This document shows, piece after piece, positions 28,888 to 38,878 of a stretch of DNA of 64,000 nt. This DNA is from Nitrospirota bacterium (GTDB taxonomy: Bacteria; Nitrospirota; UBA9217), in contig CAVVUN010000015.1 in assembly GCA_963751455.1 (NCBI GenBank), positions 1 through 64,000 on the forward strand, in the 5' to 3' direction. A program made the position numbers and the translations under genes. The notes under the pieces were generated by a model. It saw only the letters and a program-made list of their open reading frames with translations. It was not told the DNA's origin and did not search any database. Position 1 is the first letter of the stretch. Each line of letters opens with the position of its first letter.

Positions 28888-30309
28888 ATGGACCTGAGCC
28901 CGAAAACCAAAGTCAATGACCTGCTCAACCGGTATCCGTTTCTTAAAGATTTTCTTATCAGCATTAACCCTGAATTCAAGATGCTTAACAACCCCTTGAT
29001 GCGAAAAACCGTGGGCAGGATCGCGTCTCTTAACAGGGCCGCGATGATCGCCGGCATGGACGTGAAGAAGCTGCTCGACGATATCGCCGGAGAAATCAAA
29101 AAAAGGACGAATGAGTCTGTTTCAATTACGTACGGCGATGAAGGCGAGGATGAGCAGGAGCTCAGGATCGAAAGGCTGAAAGAAATCATAAAGGAGCTTC
29201 ATGCGGGGAAGGACGCCGAAAGCCAAAAAAAGAAATTTGAGACGTTCATAAAGGACGTGGCGCCGTGGGAAATTGCGCAAATGGAGCAGCGGCTGATCGC
29301 GGAAGGAATGCCCGAAACAGAGATAAAAAACCTCTGCGAAGTGCATGTACAGGTCTTCAAGGATGCGCTGGAGCATAAAACGGTACCGGGCCTTCCCGCG
29401 GGCCACCCGGTGCATACCTTTATGCTCGAAAATCGTGCTGCAGAGGATATCCTGAAACAGGCAACTGCGATAAAAGACTTCGCCACGGGAAAAGCGGCAT
29501 TGCTCAATTTTCTCGACCGGCTGAGCGAGATCGAGAAGCATTATGTCCGTAAGGAGAACCAGCTTTTCCCCATTCTCGAAACAAAAGGCATTTCAGGACC
29601 CTCCAAGGTGATGTGGGCGCTCCATGATGATATCAGGCACTTTATTAAAGACGTGCGCAAGCGGGCAATGGACGACAAGATGGAGCAGGTTGCGATCGAT
29701 GCGCTCGTCAAGATGATCAATGATATGATCTACAAGGAAGAGCATATTCTTTTTCCCATGGCACTGGAAACAATGACCGAAGAAGAGTGGGCGAAGGTGA
29801 GAAAGGGCGAGGAAGAAATCGGGTACGCCTGGATTACGCCGGAACAGGATTGGAAGCCGGCAACACAATCGTTCCAGCAGGAACTTCTGGAGGAAAAAAT
29901 AGGAAGTTTGAACCTGAACACCGGGCAGCTTACCCCGGAACAGGTGAATCTCATGCTCATGCACCTTCCGGTCGATATTTCTTTCGTGAACGAACATGAT
30001 GAGGTCGTCTATTACTCGGCGACGCCCGACCGGATTTTTCCGAGGAGCCCCGGAGTCATCGGCCGTAAAGTACAGAATTGCCATCCCCCAAAGAGCCTGG
30101 GTACGGTGCAGAAGATTCTTGACGCCTTCAGGGACGGCACACGAAGTTATGCCGATTTCTGGATAGAGATGCAGGGAAAATTCATTCTTATTAAATATTT
30201 TGCGGTACGGGATGGCGCAGGCTTATACCGGGGTTGCCTCGAAGTAAGCCAGGATGTGACAAAAATCAGAAAATTGGAAGGTCAGAAAAGGCTGCTGGAC
30301 TGGAATTGA
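28888..30309 (+). CDS. DUF1858-DUF438-hemerythrin-PAS_10 protein
   Basis: LCEVH, GHPVHTFMLEN, HYVRKENQLFP, VMWALHD, MIYKEEHILFP and FPRSPGVIGRKVQNCHPPKS. Confidence 0.88.
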   Translation: MDLSPKTKVNDLLNRYPFLKDFLISINPEFKMLNNPLMRKTVGRIASLNRAAMIAGMDVKKLLDDIAGEIKKRTNESVSITYGDEGEDEQELRIERLKEIIKELHAGKDAESQKKKFETFIKDVAPWEIAQMEQRLIAEGMPETEIKNLCEVHVQVFKDALEHKTVPGLPAGHPVHTFMLENRAAEDILKQATAIKDFATGKAALLNFLDRLSEIEKHYVRKENQLFPILETKGISGPSKVMWALHDDIRHFIKDVRKRAMDDKMEQVAIDALVKMINDMIYKEEHILFPMALETMTEEEWAKVRKGEEEIGYAWITPEQDWKPATQSFQQELLEEKIGSLNLNTGQLTPEQVNLMLMHLPVDISFVNEHDEVVYYSATPDRIFPRSPGVIGRKVQNCHPPKSLGTVQKILDAFRDGTRSYADFWIEMQGKFILIKYFAVRDGAGLYRGCLEVSQDVTKIRKLEGQKRLLDWN

Positions 30310-30332
30310 ACCGGCCTCATACTTATGTTCAA

Positions 30333-30520
30333 TTGACAGGGACTATTCGGGCGTTATACTGATACTTATCTAATCACGAGGACCACGTAATTTGCGCGTC
30401 CGCCTCCCACCGAGGGGAACGGGCCGGTTTATGCCGCGACCATAGTCTGCGGCGCGACAGGTGTGCCCAAAGAGAAAAGAGGCGTAGTCCCTTTTCTCTT
30501 TCCCCTACACCTGTTTTTTT
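30333..30520 (+). ncRNA. Candidate small RNA (~150 nt) with its own promoter and terminator
   Basis: TTGACA(30333)-N16-TATACT(30355), two GC-rich hairpins, and a long terminator hairpin (30457-30514) followed by a T run. No ORF. Confidence 0.5.
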
Positions 30521-30565
30521 ATTTAACAGCACTTCGAATAAATCTTTTTCACTCGCCTGAGAGGA

Positions 30566-31168
30566 TCATTTGCGTTCACGCTGATCGCCGTTTCCGGGAC
30601 TTTGAATAAATCTTTCAACCTCAGGGTCAAGCCGGATATACACTACTACCCGCTCAGCTTTTTCCCGATACTGAACATAAAAAACATCTCTCGTTCCGAA
30701 CCGTACCGCGGAGTAGAGGGGCCTGAGCTCATAACCGATGATTTGGCCGGAAGAGTCCATTAACATGCTCAATTGTGACTGCTCATAATAAAAACTGCAT
30801 TTCAGGAATCGCTCCGCTTCCCTGAGCGCTTCTTCTCCTGAAGCGTTTCCTTTCACCGTATATTCGAACGCCGGGGCGTGAACGTCAAAGGTGATGTTGT
30901 CCCCTTCCTTATCGAGAATGACCATGTTTTCTATGTCGTCCGGATGCCGGCAGCCGTACAGTAAAAGCTTATAATTACCCGGCACATATTGGGGCTCTAC
31001 TGGCCGAATTATAAGATTACGAGCCGGGCTGCATGAAGCGATGCCGGTTGTCAGAATTATGGCAACGAATAGCGAGACCAATCGGGAGAAATCGGGGAAT
31101 CTGCGGCATATTTCGTTCCACTTTTTCGTAGGTTCGCCTCCTCCCACAAGCGTGATAGGGAATATCAT
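30566..31168 (-). CDS. Hypothetical lipoprotein (start uncertain)
   Basis: Hydrophobic stretch ending in IASC, followed by a plausible globular region (LLLYGC, ILDKEGD, IGYELRPLY). Confidence 0.6.
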   Translation of the reverse strand: MIFPITLVGGGEPTKKWNEICRRFPDFSRLVSLFVAIILTTGIASCSPARNLIIRPVEPQYVPGNYKLLLYGCRHPDDIENMVILDKEGDNITFDVHAPAFEYTVKGNASGEEALREAERFLKCSFYYEQSQLSMLMDSSGQIIGYELRPLYSAVRFGTRDVFYVQYREKAERVVVYIRLDPEVERFIQSPGNGDQRERK

Positions 31169-31267
31169 GGTTAAAAAGTTAAAGGGCATCGAATAGACCG
31201 ATGCCCCCAAAGCTGAGATTCTTAAGCCCTTTAATGCAAACAAAGGCATTGTTATGCATCATAAGCA

Positions 31268-31561
31268 TTAATGGCCGGTCAAAACCTTATCCCGTTCCTG
31301 GGCATATGCCTGCTTGCCTGCTTCCACCGCGCTGCTGATCGCTACTTTTGTATCGTCATATGCAAGCTTGCCCCTGTCGATGGTGGAAGCGATCTTGTCT
31401 TTCGTATCTTCTGCAAGATCCTTGATCTGCTTGCGCGTTTCGCTTCCTGACTTAGGCGCCAGCAGAAGCCCGATAGCCGCACCCACTAAGCCGCCCAGTA
31501 AAAATGGAACAAAAACCGAATTCTGTTTTGCTGCGACCTGCTCACCCAGTTGATCCTTCAT
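31268..31561 (-). CDS. YtxH-domain protein
   Basis: FLLGGLVGAAIGLLLAPKSGSETRKQI. Confidence 0.85.
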   Translation of the reverse strand: MKDQLGEQVAAKQNSVFVPFLLGGLVGAAIGLLLAPKSGSETRKQIKDLAEDTKDKIASTIDRGKLAYDDTKVAISSAVEAGKQAYAQERDKVLTGH

Positions 31562-31958
31562 GATGATCCTCCTTTTTATCCCGCATATTATTTAATATAG
31601 ATATAACACCTGTTTTTATTCCTGCTTTCAGTCCGGCAATATTCGCGCGAGCGGTTTCGCCGACATTTCCCCGCAACGATTCGTAAACGATTCTCACAAC
31701 TTTTTCCACGGATGCAAGAGAACCGGCGATTTTCTGTATTCCGGTAAAAGCTGCAACGCTTTGAGTTGTTTTTCCAATATCGTCCAGGATACCCGTCAGA
31801 GATGTCAGAATCGGGCCAAGGCGTTGTTCGGTCTGTTGAATGAACCGCCGAAGAGCAAAACTGACTCTGAAAAATTCCACGAAAAATACTATAGTGCACA
31901 CCGTGTAAATGATAAATGTTACGACACCAATGGTCAGAAGTATTTCAATAGTGGACAT
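31542..31958 (-). CDS. Membrane-anchored DUF948/YtxG-like protein
   Basis: N-terminal TM helix plus an amphipathic helical tail; coupled to the YtxH gene. Confidence 0.6.
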   Translation of the reverse strand: MSTIEILLTIGVVTFIIYTVCTIVFFVEFFRVSFALRRFIQQTEQRLGPILTSLTGILDDIGKTTQSVAAFTGIQKIAGSLASVEKVVRIVYESLRGNVGETARANIAGLKAGIKTGVISILNNMRDKKEDHHEGSTG

Positions 31959-32267
31959 GGTATCTCTCGCAGCAAATTATGGACGATTTTTCTCCAGGTT
32001 TTATTTCTGCGTGTTGCTCTTAGAGGCGGCGGTCTTGATAGAGATGTCCGGATGATGCAAACAACCCGGACAATGCAGCTGCATATTAAGTGCTAAAAAA
32101 AAGTAATTAATCTGTAAGCTATTTTAACTATAACAAAAAAAAGTGAGGATGTCATGAGCGGGGGAATTAATTTCGAACGTTCGTTTCAGATGGAAAGGAA
32201 AGTGCAACGCAGAGGAAAAGAGTGATTCATTTCTCAAGATTGTGGTGCGTTTTGGGAGCGGGCATTG

Positions 32268-33236
32268 TTACTGCCGGAATAGACTTCTATCCATATCGAT
32301 ATTTCTGCCTCCGACACTTTGCTGATTGTGTGCTCCGGTCAGCTTTGTGCCGTCATCAGATAAAGTGAGAACATAGGTTTCCGTTTTCCAGTATCCCACG
32401 ACGGATTTCATCTTCCATTTCATCTGGAGCTTTAGTGTTTTGTCCGTAATCTCGAAAATGTTAACGGCGGCATAGCTGTCTCCTGCCCGTTTGGGCGGGT
32501 TCAAAACAAGATCGCCGTTTGTATTCTTCAGAATCTCAAATGCATGGATGGTAATTTCTTCTCCTCTGATATTTTCTTTGAAATACCAGTTGCCAAGAAA
32601 GCTTGGTACTTTGGATTTCTTATCCTTTGCTTCCAGGGGCATTTTTATTATTCTGAGTTCTTTTTCGGGTTCAATATCAAGCGTCGGTTTTGCGGCAATA
32701 GATGCCGATTTTACCGCTTGATCATTCGGCGCGTTCTTTCCCGCTTGCAAGTCTTCGGCGTCAACTTCCAGAGCATAGATCTTGTTTTTAACGTCTCTGG
32801 CATTTTTCGCCTCCGGCGCCGCTATTAAATAGAATTTCAGATTCTGAATCGCCTCGGTATACATTCCTGCTTTTTCCTGAACCACTCCGAGATTATAGTA
32901 GGCAAGGGCGAACCACGGCGCCGCATTTGCGGCAGCTTCAAATTCGGCCATCGCTTTGCTGTATCCGGCTGCGTCTTCGGCCTTGCTGAAAAAAGCTGTT
33001 CCCCGGGCCATGCCCCGCTCCGCGGCTTCAGGCAGCGCTGGAGCAGATTTCATACCGAGAGCGAGTTTAATGATTTTTTCACGGAGCTCTGCATTGCCCG
33101 GATCGCTTTTTAGGTCATCGATACAGGTCTTGAACGAATCGGGGCCCGTTTTTTTGGCTGCTTCCGTTTCTTGAACGGACGCGATCAGGATGATAGAACA
33201 GATTATGAATGAAACCAGACGGATAGGGTGTTTCAT
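32268..33236 (-). CDS. Secreted TPR-repeat protein
   Basis: Signal peptide; APWFALAYYNLGVVQEKAG..EAIQNLKFYL. Confidence 0.75.
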   Translation of the reverse strand: MKHPIRLVSFIICSIILIASVQETEAAKKTGPDSFKTCIDDLKSDPGNAELREKIIKLALGMKSAPALPEAAERGMARGTAFFSKAEDAAGYSKAMAEFEAAANAAPWFALAYYNLGVVQEKAGMYTEAIQNLKFYLIAAPEAKNARDVKNKIYALEVDAEDLQAGKNAPNDQAVKSASIAAKPTLDIEPEKELRIIKMPLEAKDKKSKVPSFLGNWYFKENIRGEEITIHAFEILKNTNGDLVLNPPKRAGDSYAAVNIFEITDKTLKLQMKWKMKSVVGYWKTETYVLTLSDDGTKLTGAHNQQSVGGRNIDMDRSLFRQ

Positions 33237-33494
33237 TTGCTTCTCCTTGCCATGTTGCTACTTAAGGTTGTTCAACTTTATGTACTTTTCACCAAAATAT
33301 AAGTCCCTGAAAAATAAATTAAATCAAAAAGAACAGTATGTAAATAGTATCCCAAAGTATCAGGAGAGTCAAGATGTTTTTAGAAACGCGGCTGAATTGA
33401 AACGAGTGAGCGGCAAGATGTCTACATTCGACCTGTGTCTTATTTATGCTCTTTGGAGTTGTCTAAATTATCTCAGTGCGATATAGTGAAGATC

Positions 33495-33782
33495 ATGAAA
33501 ACTTGTCATAAGTGCAGGCATGAAGTTACATCAGGCAGAACAACCGGCCGTAGAGAGGAATGTGCATTTTGCAAAGCGGATCTTCATTGCTGTCTGAATT
33601 GCGCGTTGTATGACTTGCATGCATCGAAACAATGCCGGGAACCGGTAGCTGAACCGGTCAAGATAAAGGACAAGGCCAATTACTGCGATTATTTTGCATT
33701 CCCGGACCGGCCAGCCACGGGCTTTGAAGAAAAAGAGATTGAAAAAAAGCGCAAAGCGCTTGACGACCTTTTCAAAAGATAA
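33495..33782 (+). CDS. Small Cys-rich (zinc-finger-like) conserved protein
   Basis: CHKC, CAFC, CLNC, QCRE and NYCDYF. Confidence 0.7.
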   Translation: MKTCHKCRHEVTSGRTTGRREECAFCKADLHCCLNCALYDLHASKQCREPVAEPVKIKDKANYCDYFAFPDRPATGFEEKEIEKKRKALDDLFKR

Positions 33783-33875
33783 AAATACTACAATCGACAA
33801 AATCTGTGCCGCGGTGAACATAAACAATCAAAGCCAAGGACAGTTTGGATACGGTCGAGAAGACGCAGCCCATGA

Positions 33876-34559
33876 TTAAATGCCTCTGCGGTTCGGATCT
33901 CGCCTGTCCTGATGGACGTCGGTGATACGGTCCTCGTACCGGTGATTGATGATCGCACACACTTCTTCAGGCTCGTCAACGATGTGCAACAGGTCCAGAT
34001 CTTCGGCACTTATATTATTCATGGTAAGCACCGCTTTTTTCATCCAGTCTATCAAGCCTTGCCAGTATTCCCTGCCTACGAGCACGACCGGGAAGCCGCG
34101 GATCTTTTTCGTTTGAATGAGAGTGAGCGCCTCAAAAAGTTCATCCATCGTTCCGAAGCCGCCCGGGAAAATTACATATCCGATCGCGTATTTGACGAAC
34201 ATCAGTTTGCGTACGAAGAAGTAGCGGAACTCCACACGAATATCCTGAAAAATGTTCGGCGCCTGCTCCATGGGCAGTTCTATGTTCAACCCGATGGAAA
34301 TGCCGTTGGCATTTTGGGCACCCTTGTTCGCCGCTTCCATGATGCCGGGCCCGCCTCCTGAAATGACTGCAAAACCGTCCCTGGCAAGGTGCTCTGCCAC
34401 TTTCAAACATTTATTATAGTAGATTGATCCCGGCGCGAGGCGGGCGCTGCCGAATATGGTTACGGCAGGGCCGATCCCGTTTAAAGCCTCAAAGCCTTCC
34501 ACGAGTTCGGCCATGATCCGGAACACTCTCCAGGTATCCGATTTCGCTAAATCTTCCAT
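33876..34559 (-). CDS. LOG family (TIGR00730) nucleotide phosphoribohydrolase
   Basis: VTIFGSAR, SGGGPGIMEAANKGA, YFFVRK and PGGFGTMDELFE. Confidence 0.92.
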   Translation of the reverse strand: MEDLAKSDTWRVFRIMAELVEGFEALNGIGPAVTIFGSARLAPGSIYYNKCLKVAEHLARDGFAVISGGGPGIMEAANKGAQNANGISIGLNIELPMEQAPNIFQDIRVEFRYFFVRKLMFVKYAIGYVIFPGGFGTMDELFEALTLIQTKKIRGFPVVLVGREYWQGLIDWMKKAVLTMNNISAEDLDLLHIVDEPEEVCAIINHRYEDRITDVHQDRRDPNRRGI

Positions 34560-34602
34560 ACGTTCTTTTTCCTCCTATGCAGGCATGAAAAGCCGCCACC
34601 AA

Positions 34603-35691
34603 TCACAGTGCACTATTATTATTTGCAGCAAACTCCTCGCGATAGATTTGAATAAAGGCTGTCAGTAGCGTCACGATCAGCGGTCCGAACAGGATGCCCA
34701 GGAACCCGTATACCTGCAAGCCCCCCAGAATCCCGAAGAACAGAAAGAGTGTGGGCATATTTGTTTTTTTTCCGATCAGTATCGGCCTGATAAAATTATC
34801 CGGCAGGCTGACAAGGAGGATTCCCCAGATCGACAGCAGAATTCCCTGCAAAGTCGCTTTTGTGGCGAAGAGGTACAGTGCTCCAGGGATCCATATCAGC
34901 GCCGCGCCCCCGAAAGGAAGGAGCGACAGGACCACAGTTAAAAATCCCCACAAAACCGGTAAGGGGATCCCGAATAACGCGAAGCCGATCCCGGTCATTA
35001 CTCCCTGACCAAGCGCAATAAGGAACATGCCGTTAATCACGGCCGTAAACGTATCGTGGAGTTTTTTAGCAATGGAAATTTTCTGGTCCGATGAGAATGG
35101 TATAAGGTCCACGGCAGTCCTGTAATAGCGCTCGCCGTTCCGGAAAAAAAAGAAAAGCGCGGTAAGCATGATGAAAAGATTGAAGAGGAGGAGCAGCGTG
35201 TCCCGCAGAAGGGCCCCGACCTGCGAGGCCATCCCGGAAGAAAATTTACGAAGAGCGTTGATGACCATATCCCTTACATCGATATCGGCGAGAAGAGGCA
35301 GCGTCAGCAGCTTTCTCGATATAACTGTGGATATCCTGTTCCAGTACTCCATGATGGCGCCCGACGTGATTCCCTCCGCGGCCCATTGATATAGTTCCAC
35401 AGTCTGCGAAACGAGCACCGAGAGCAGTATGATGGCCGGCCCTATAACGAGGAGAAGGGTAAACAACGTCATGATGCTTGCAGCAAGACCTTCCCTTCCA
35501 TGCAGCAGGGCCAGTATCCTGCGGTAGACCGGATAAAACCAAAGCGTAATCACCCCGGCCCAGAGAATCGCAGCAGAAAAGGGGGCGAGCAGACGTATCA
35601 TCTGATACAGCAGGAACAGAAATACGCCGAAGAAGGCGATGGTGAAAATATGAGAGCGGGTCAAGAATTGAGACGTTTTTTTGCCATTCAT
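34603..35691 (-). CDS. AI-2E family transporter
   Basis: Multi-TM protein; DNFIRPILIG and GGLQVYGFLGILFGP. Confidence 0.88.
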   Translation of the reverse strand: MNGKKTSQFLTRSHIFTIAFFGVFLFLLYQMIRLLAPFSAAILWAGVITLWFYPVYRRILALLHGREGLAASIMTLFTLLLVIGPAIILLSVLVSQTVELYQWAAEGITSGAIMEYWNRISTVISRKLLTLPLLADIDVRDMVINALRKFSSGMASQVGALLRDTLLLLFNLFIMLTALFFFFRNGERYYRTAVDLIPFSSDQKISIAKKLHDTFTAVINGMFLIALGQGVMTGIGFALFGIPLPVLWGFLTVVLSLLPFGGAALIWIPGALYLFATKATLQGILLSIWGILLVSLPDNFIRPILIGKKTNMPTLFLFFGILGGLQVYGFLGILFGPLIVTLLTAFIQIYREEFAANNNSAL

Positions 35692-36707
35692 GGTGTCTCC
35701 CGGAGTTGTCTATTGCGAAACGAGGTCATTTGGGCAGCAATTTTCGCCGCTTCGACCAGGCTGGTCGGATCAGCGCAATTTTTTCCGGCGATGTCATAAG
35801 CAGTGCCGTGATCAACGGAGGTGCGTATGATGGGAAGGCCGACTGTCACATTGACGGCTTTTCCAAAGGCCAGCATCTTGAGAGGTGCAAGCCCCTGATC
35901 GTGGTACATGGCGACAACGATATCATAGTACCTGTTACGCGCCTTATAAAAAAGCGTATCGGCCGGAATGGGGTCGCTCGCGTCAATGCCTTCCGTCCGC
36001 GCCTGTAAAATGGCCGGCATGATTTCGTCCCACTCCTCGCTTCCGAAGAGCTTTCCTTCTCCGGCATGCGGGTTCAGTGCCGCAACACCGATCCGGGGCT
36101 GGTGTATTCCAAAGGCGGCCATCGCCGTGTGCGCCAGACGAAGTGTCTTCAAAACGGAAGCTTGCGTAATGTGCCCGGGGACATCCTTGAGCGCCAGGTG
36201 AATAGTTGCCAGAATAATTTTGAGACCGCCTCCTACGAACATCATGCCGTATTCCCCTGAATTGGTGAGTTCTGCGAGCAGTTCCGTATGACCGGCATAG
36301 CGATAACCCGCAGCGTTCATCATTTCCTTGTTGATCGGCGCCGTTACGATTGCGTCGGCCTGATGTGTCAGGGCGAGTTCGACTGCTTTCTTTATATAAA
36401 CGACCACTGCCTTGCCTGAGGAAACGTCCGGAGTTCCCCATTTATGGCTTTCAAGGTCCACCATCTTAAGATCCAGAACATCGATTGTGCCGGAAACGGG
36501 AACTGCTTCAGAGACCGAAGAGATGCCCCGTATCGTCACTGAAAGCCCAACTTCTTCCACCAGTTTTCTCATCACACCCGCGTCGCCGATCACTATGGGT
36601 CTGCAGAGCGATGGCAATTCTCCGCTGTCGATTGACTTGGCGATGATCTCCGGGCCGATGCCTGCCGGGTCACCCATGGTTATGACTATAAGAGGTTTTC
36701 CGTCCAT
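35688..36707 (-). CDS. pdxA: 4-hydroxythreonine-4-phosphate dehydrogenase
   Basis: TMGDPAGIGPE, TAPINK, GHTE, LNPHAGE, MYHDQG and RTSVDHGTA. Confidence 0.95.
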   Translation of the reverse strand: MDGKPLIVITMGDPAGIGPEIIAKSIDSGELPSLCRPIVIGDAGVMRKLVEEVGLSVTIRGISSVSEAVPVSGTIDVLDLKMVDLESHKWGTPDVSSGKAVVVYIKKAVELALTHQADAIVTAPINKEMMNAAGYRYAGHTELLAELTNSGEYGMMFVGGGLKIILATIHLALKDVPGHITQASVLKTLRLAHTAMAAFGIHQPRIGVAALNPHAGEGKLFGSEEWDEIMPAILQARTEGIDASDPIPADTLFYKARNRYYDIVVAMYHDQGLAPLKMLAFGKAVNVTVGLPIIRTSVDHGTAYDIAGKNCADPTSLVEAAKIAAQMTSFRNRQLRETP

Positions 36708-36735
36708 ACGTCTTCTTTCGAGAGCGTGATCTTGA

Positions 36736-37038
36736 TCATGAAGTCCCGTCTCCCTTTGTCCTTCTCCCTCCAGGGGACAGGGGGAGTGGTGAGGGTATTC
36801 GATGACGGTACATTTCCCCGGGAGGGACCTTCTTGGGTGCTTCCGAAGGATTGCTCATAACTTCAAAATCGATAACCCGCGACGAAAATTTCAGTGTGAT
36901 AACGTCTCCCTGCCTGACCTCTCTGCCGGGTTTAACCTCCCTGCCGTTTACAAGCACTCTGCCTTGGTCGCACATTTCCCGCGCGATTGACCGGCGTTTT
37001 ATAAGCCTCGCGGTTTTTAAAAACAGATCAATACGCAC
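36736..37038 (-). CDS. S4-domain RNA-binding protein (YabO/RqcP/Hsp15-like) with a repeat-derived C-terminal tail
   Basis: RIDLFLKTARLIKRRSIAREMCDQGRVLVNG..KPG.EV..GD; GTG start. Confidence 0.85.
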   Translation of the reverse strand: MRIDLFLKTARLIKRRSIAREMCDQGRVLVNGREVKPGREVRQGDVITLKFSSRVIDFEVMSNPSEAPKKVPPGEMYRHRIPSPLPLSPGGRRTKGDGTS

Positions 37039-37154
37039 GTAGTATTCTAGCGTAAAAAGCCGTGTTTTACAACGGCAAATCAGGATTGGCGAGTGTTTCG
37101 GACTTCGCGATGACGGTTTCGTGGTTCAGAAGAGGGTGAGAGAGCCTGGCGGGC

Positions 37155-38573
37155 TTACCTTATTACAGCGATCGCAGCCTCAATGCGCCTGATGGTTTTT
37201 TCCTTTCCCATCAGTTCGATCACTTCATAGATACCTGGGCTTACCGTTCCGCCTGTCAATGCGACCCGTACCGGCTGAGCGATTTTGCCGAGCTTTAATC
37301 CCTTCTCTGCGACGATCGCATTGAACACCTTCTCTATCTCATCGCGCGTAAAGGGATCCACAGCTTTCAGTTTTGTAAGAAGCTCTGAAAGCAGCGTGAC
37401 AACATCGGGCTGCAGGTGCTTGGCCTTTGCCTTTTCTTCTATCGTAATTTGATCGACGATGAAAGGAACGGATGCGGTCTTCATCTCAACGAGCGTGTGG
37501 CTCCGCTCGGTCAGTATCGTAACCAGCTTCCTGAGCCAGTCGAGATCCGGCTCTTTTCCTGCATCAACGATCTTGTCCTTCTTTAAAAGATCGAGGACCA
37601 GACCCGCCAGTCTTGCCGGGTCGGCCTGCTGGATATAATGGTGATTGAGCCACAGGAGCTTCTCGGGGTTAAAGACGGAAGGCGCTTTTCCCACATTTTC
37701 GAAGGAGAAATTTCCGATCAGTTCCTGTTGCGAGAAAATCTCCTGGTCGCCGTGAGACCAACCGAGTCGAGCGAGGTAGTTGACAAGCGCTTCAGGCAGA
37801 TAGCCAAGGTCTATGTACTCTGTAACGGCTGTGGCGCCATGGCGCTTTGAGAGCTTGGTTTTATCCGGCCCGAGGATCATGGGCAAGTGCGCGAACTCGG
37901 GAGCTTCATATCCGAGCGCGTGGTAAAGTTGGATCTGGCGCGGCGTGTTGTTTAAATGATCGTCACCGCGGATAACGTGCGAGATTTTCATCGTAACATC
38001 GTCTACGACGACCGCGAAATTATACGTTGGGAACCCATCGGAACGCTGTATGATGAGATCGTCAAGCTGCTGGTTCTCGAAGGTCACCGCTCCGCGAATA
38101 AGATCACGCACAATCGTTTGCCCTTCATCAGACGACAGAAAGCGGACCGCAGGGGTACGTCCGGGAACGGGTGCTGTAAGCGAACGACATTTGCGGTCAT
38201 ATTTGGGCGGGCGGCCATCGGCAAGCGCCTTCTTCCTGCGCGCCTCGAGTTCCTCGGGCGTGCAATAACAGTAATAGGCTTTGCCTGCCTTCAGAAGACG
38301 GTCGACATTCTCGCGATAGACATTCATGCGTTCAGTCTGGCGGTATGGTCCCTCATCCCAATCAAGGCCGATCCACTTCATGCCGTCCAATATGATTTTG
38401 ATCGACTCATCCGTGGAACGTGTCTGGTCGGTATCCTCGATCCGTAAAATGAACGTTCCTTTATGATGGCGCGCGTAAAGCCAGTTAAAGAGGGCTGTTC
38501 GGACACCTCCTATATGGAGTGCGCCTGTCGGGCTGGGTGCGAAGCGAACTCGAACATTTTTCATAGTACTCAT
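37155..38573 (-). CDS. gltX: Glutamate--tRNA ligase
   Basis: RFAPSPTG.LHIGG, RIEDTD, IRGDDH and KLSKR. Confidence 0.97.
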   Translation of the reverse strand: MSTMKNVRVRFAPSPTGALHIGGVRTALFNWLYARHHKGTFILRIEDTDQTRSTDESIKIILDGMKWIGLDWDEGPYRQTERMNVYRENVDRLLKAGKAYYCYCTPEELEARRKKALADGRPPKYDRKCRSLTAPVPGRTPAVRFLSSDEGQTIVRDLIRGAVTFENQQLDDLIIQRSDGFPTYNFAVVVDDVTMKISHVIRGDDHLNNTPRQIQLYHALGYEAPEFAHLPMILGPDKTKLSKRHGATAVTEYIDLGYLPEALVNYLARLGWSHGDQEIFSQQELIGNFSFENVGKAPSVFNPEKLLWLNHHYIQQADPARLAGLVLDLLKKDKIVDAGKEPDLDWLRKLVTILTERSHTLVEMKTASVPFIVDQITIEEKAKAKHLQPDVVTLLSELLTKLKAVDPFTRDEIEKVFNAIVAEKGLKLGKIAQPVRVALTGGTVSPGIYEVIELMGKEKTIRRIEAAIAVIR

Positions 38574-38768
38574 GTGCGTCGTAGACTCCTTATATCACTG
38601 ATTTACAGTGCGACGTATTATAGCAAATAATCTCATTAATCAAAAGTAAATTTAATAGAGAGTTATGCTGCAATAAAGGCGCTGGGCAAAATCAGCCACT
38701 TTCTTTAGTAGTTCCAAGAAGGTTCTAATGACACAAAAGCGCTTTTGACTGGAAGATCATCGCTTAAT

Positions 38769-38797
38769 TTGACAAAATAGTGTCTCTTCGTTATGCT
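38769..38797 (+). promoter_or_regulatory. Sigma70 promoter
   Basis: TTGACA-N17-TATGCT. Confidence 0.6.
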
Positions 38798-38878
38798 TTA
38801 AGCAGTATATAAATTTACAATTTAGTTTTCGAAAATGGCAGCGGGCGCTCACGCATAAATTTATTCTGGAGGTGCCAT

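Noticed and set aside
30395-30430. ZTP riboswitch or HDV-like ribozyme in the sRNA candidate (CCCACCGAGGGGAAC)
   Set aside because: It lacks the GACTGGCG and GCCTGGGC elements of ZTP and the P1/P3 pairing of HDV-like ribozymes, and there is no downstream sense gene.
31241-31260. Sigma54-like GGCATTGTTATGCA
   Set aside because: The GG-GC spacing is one base short and no plus-strand gene follows.
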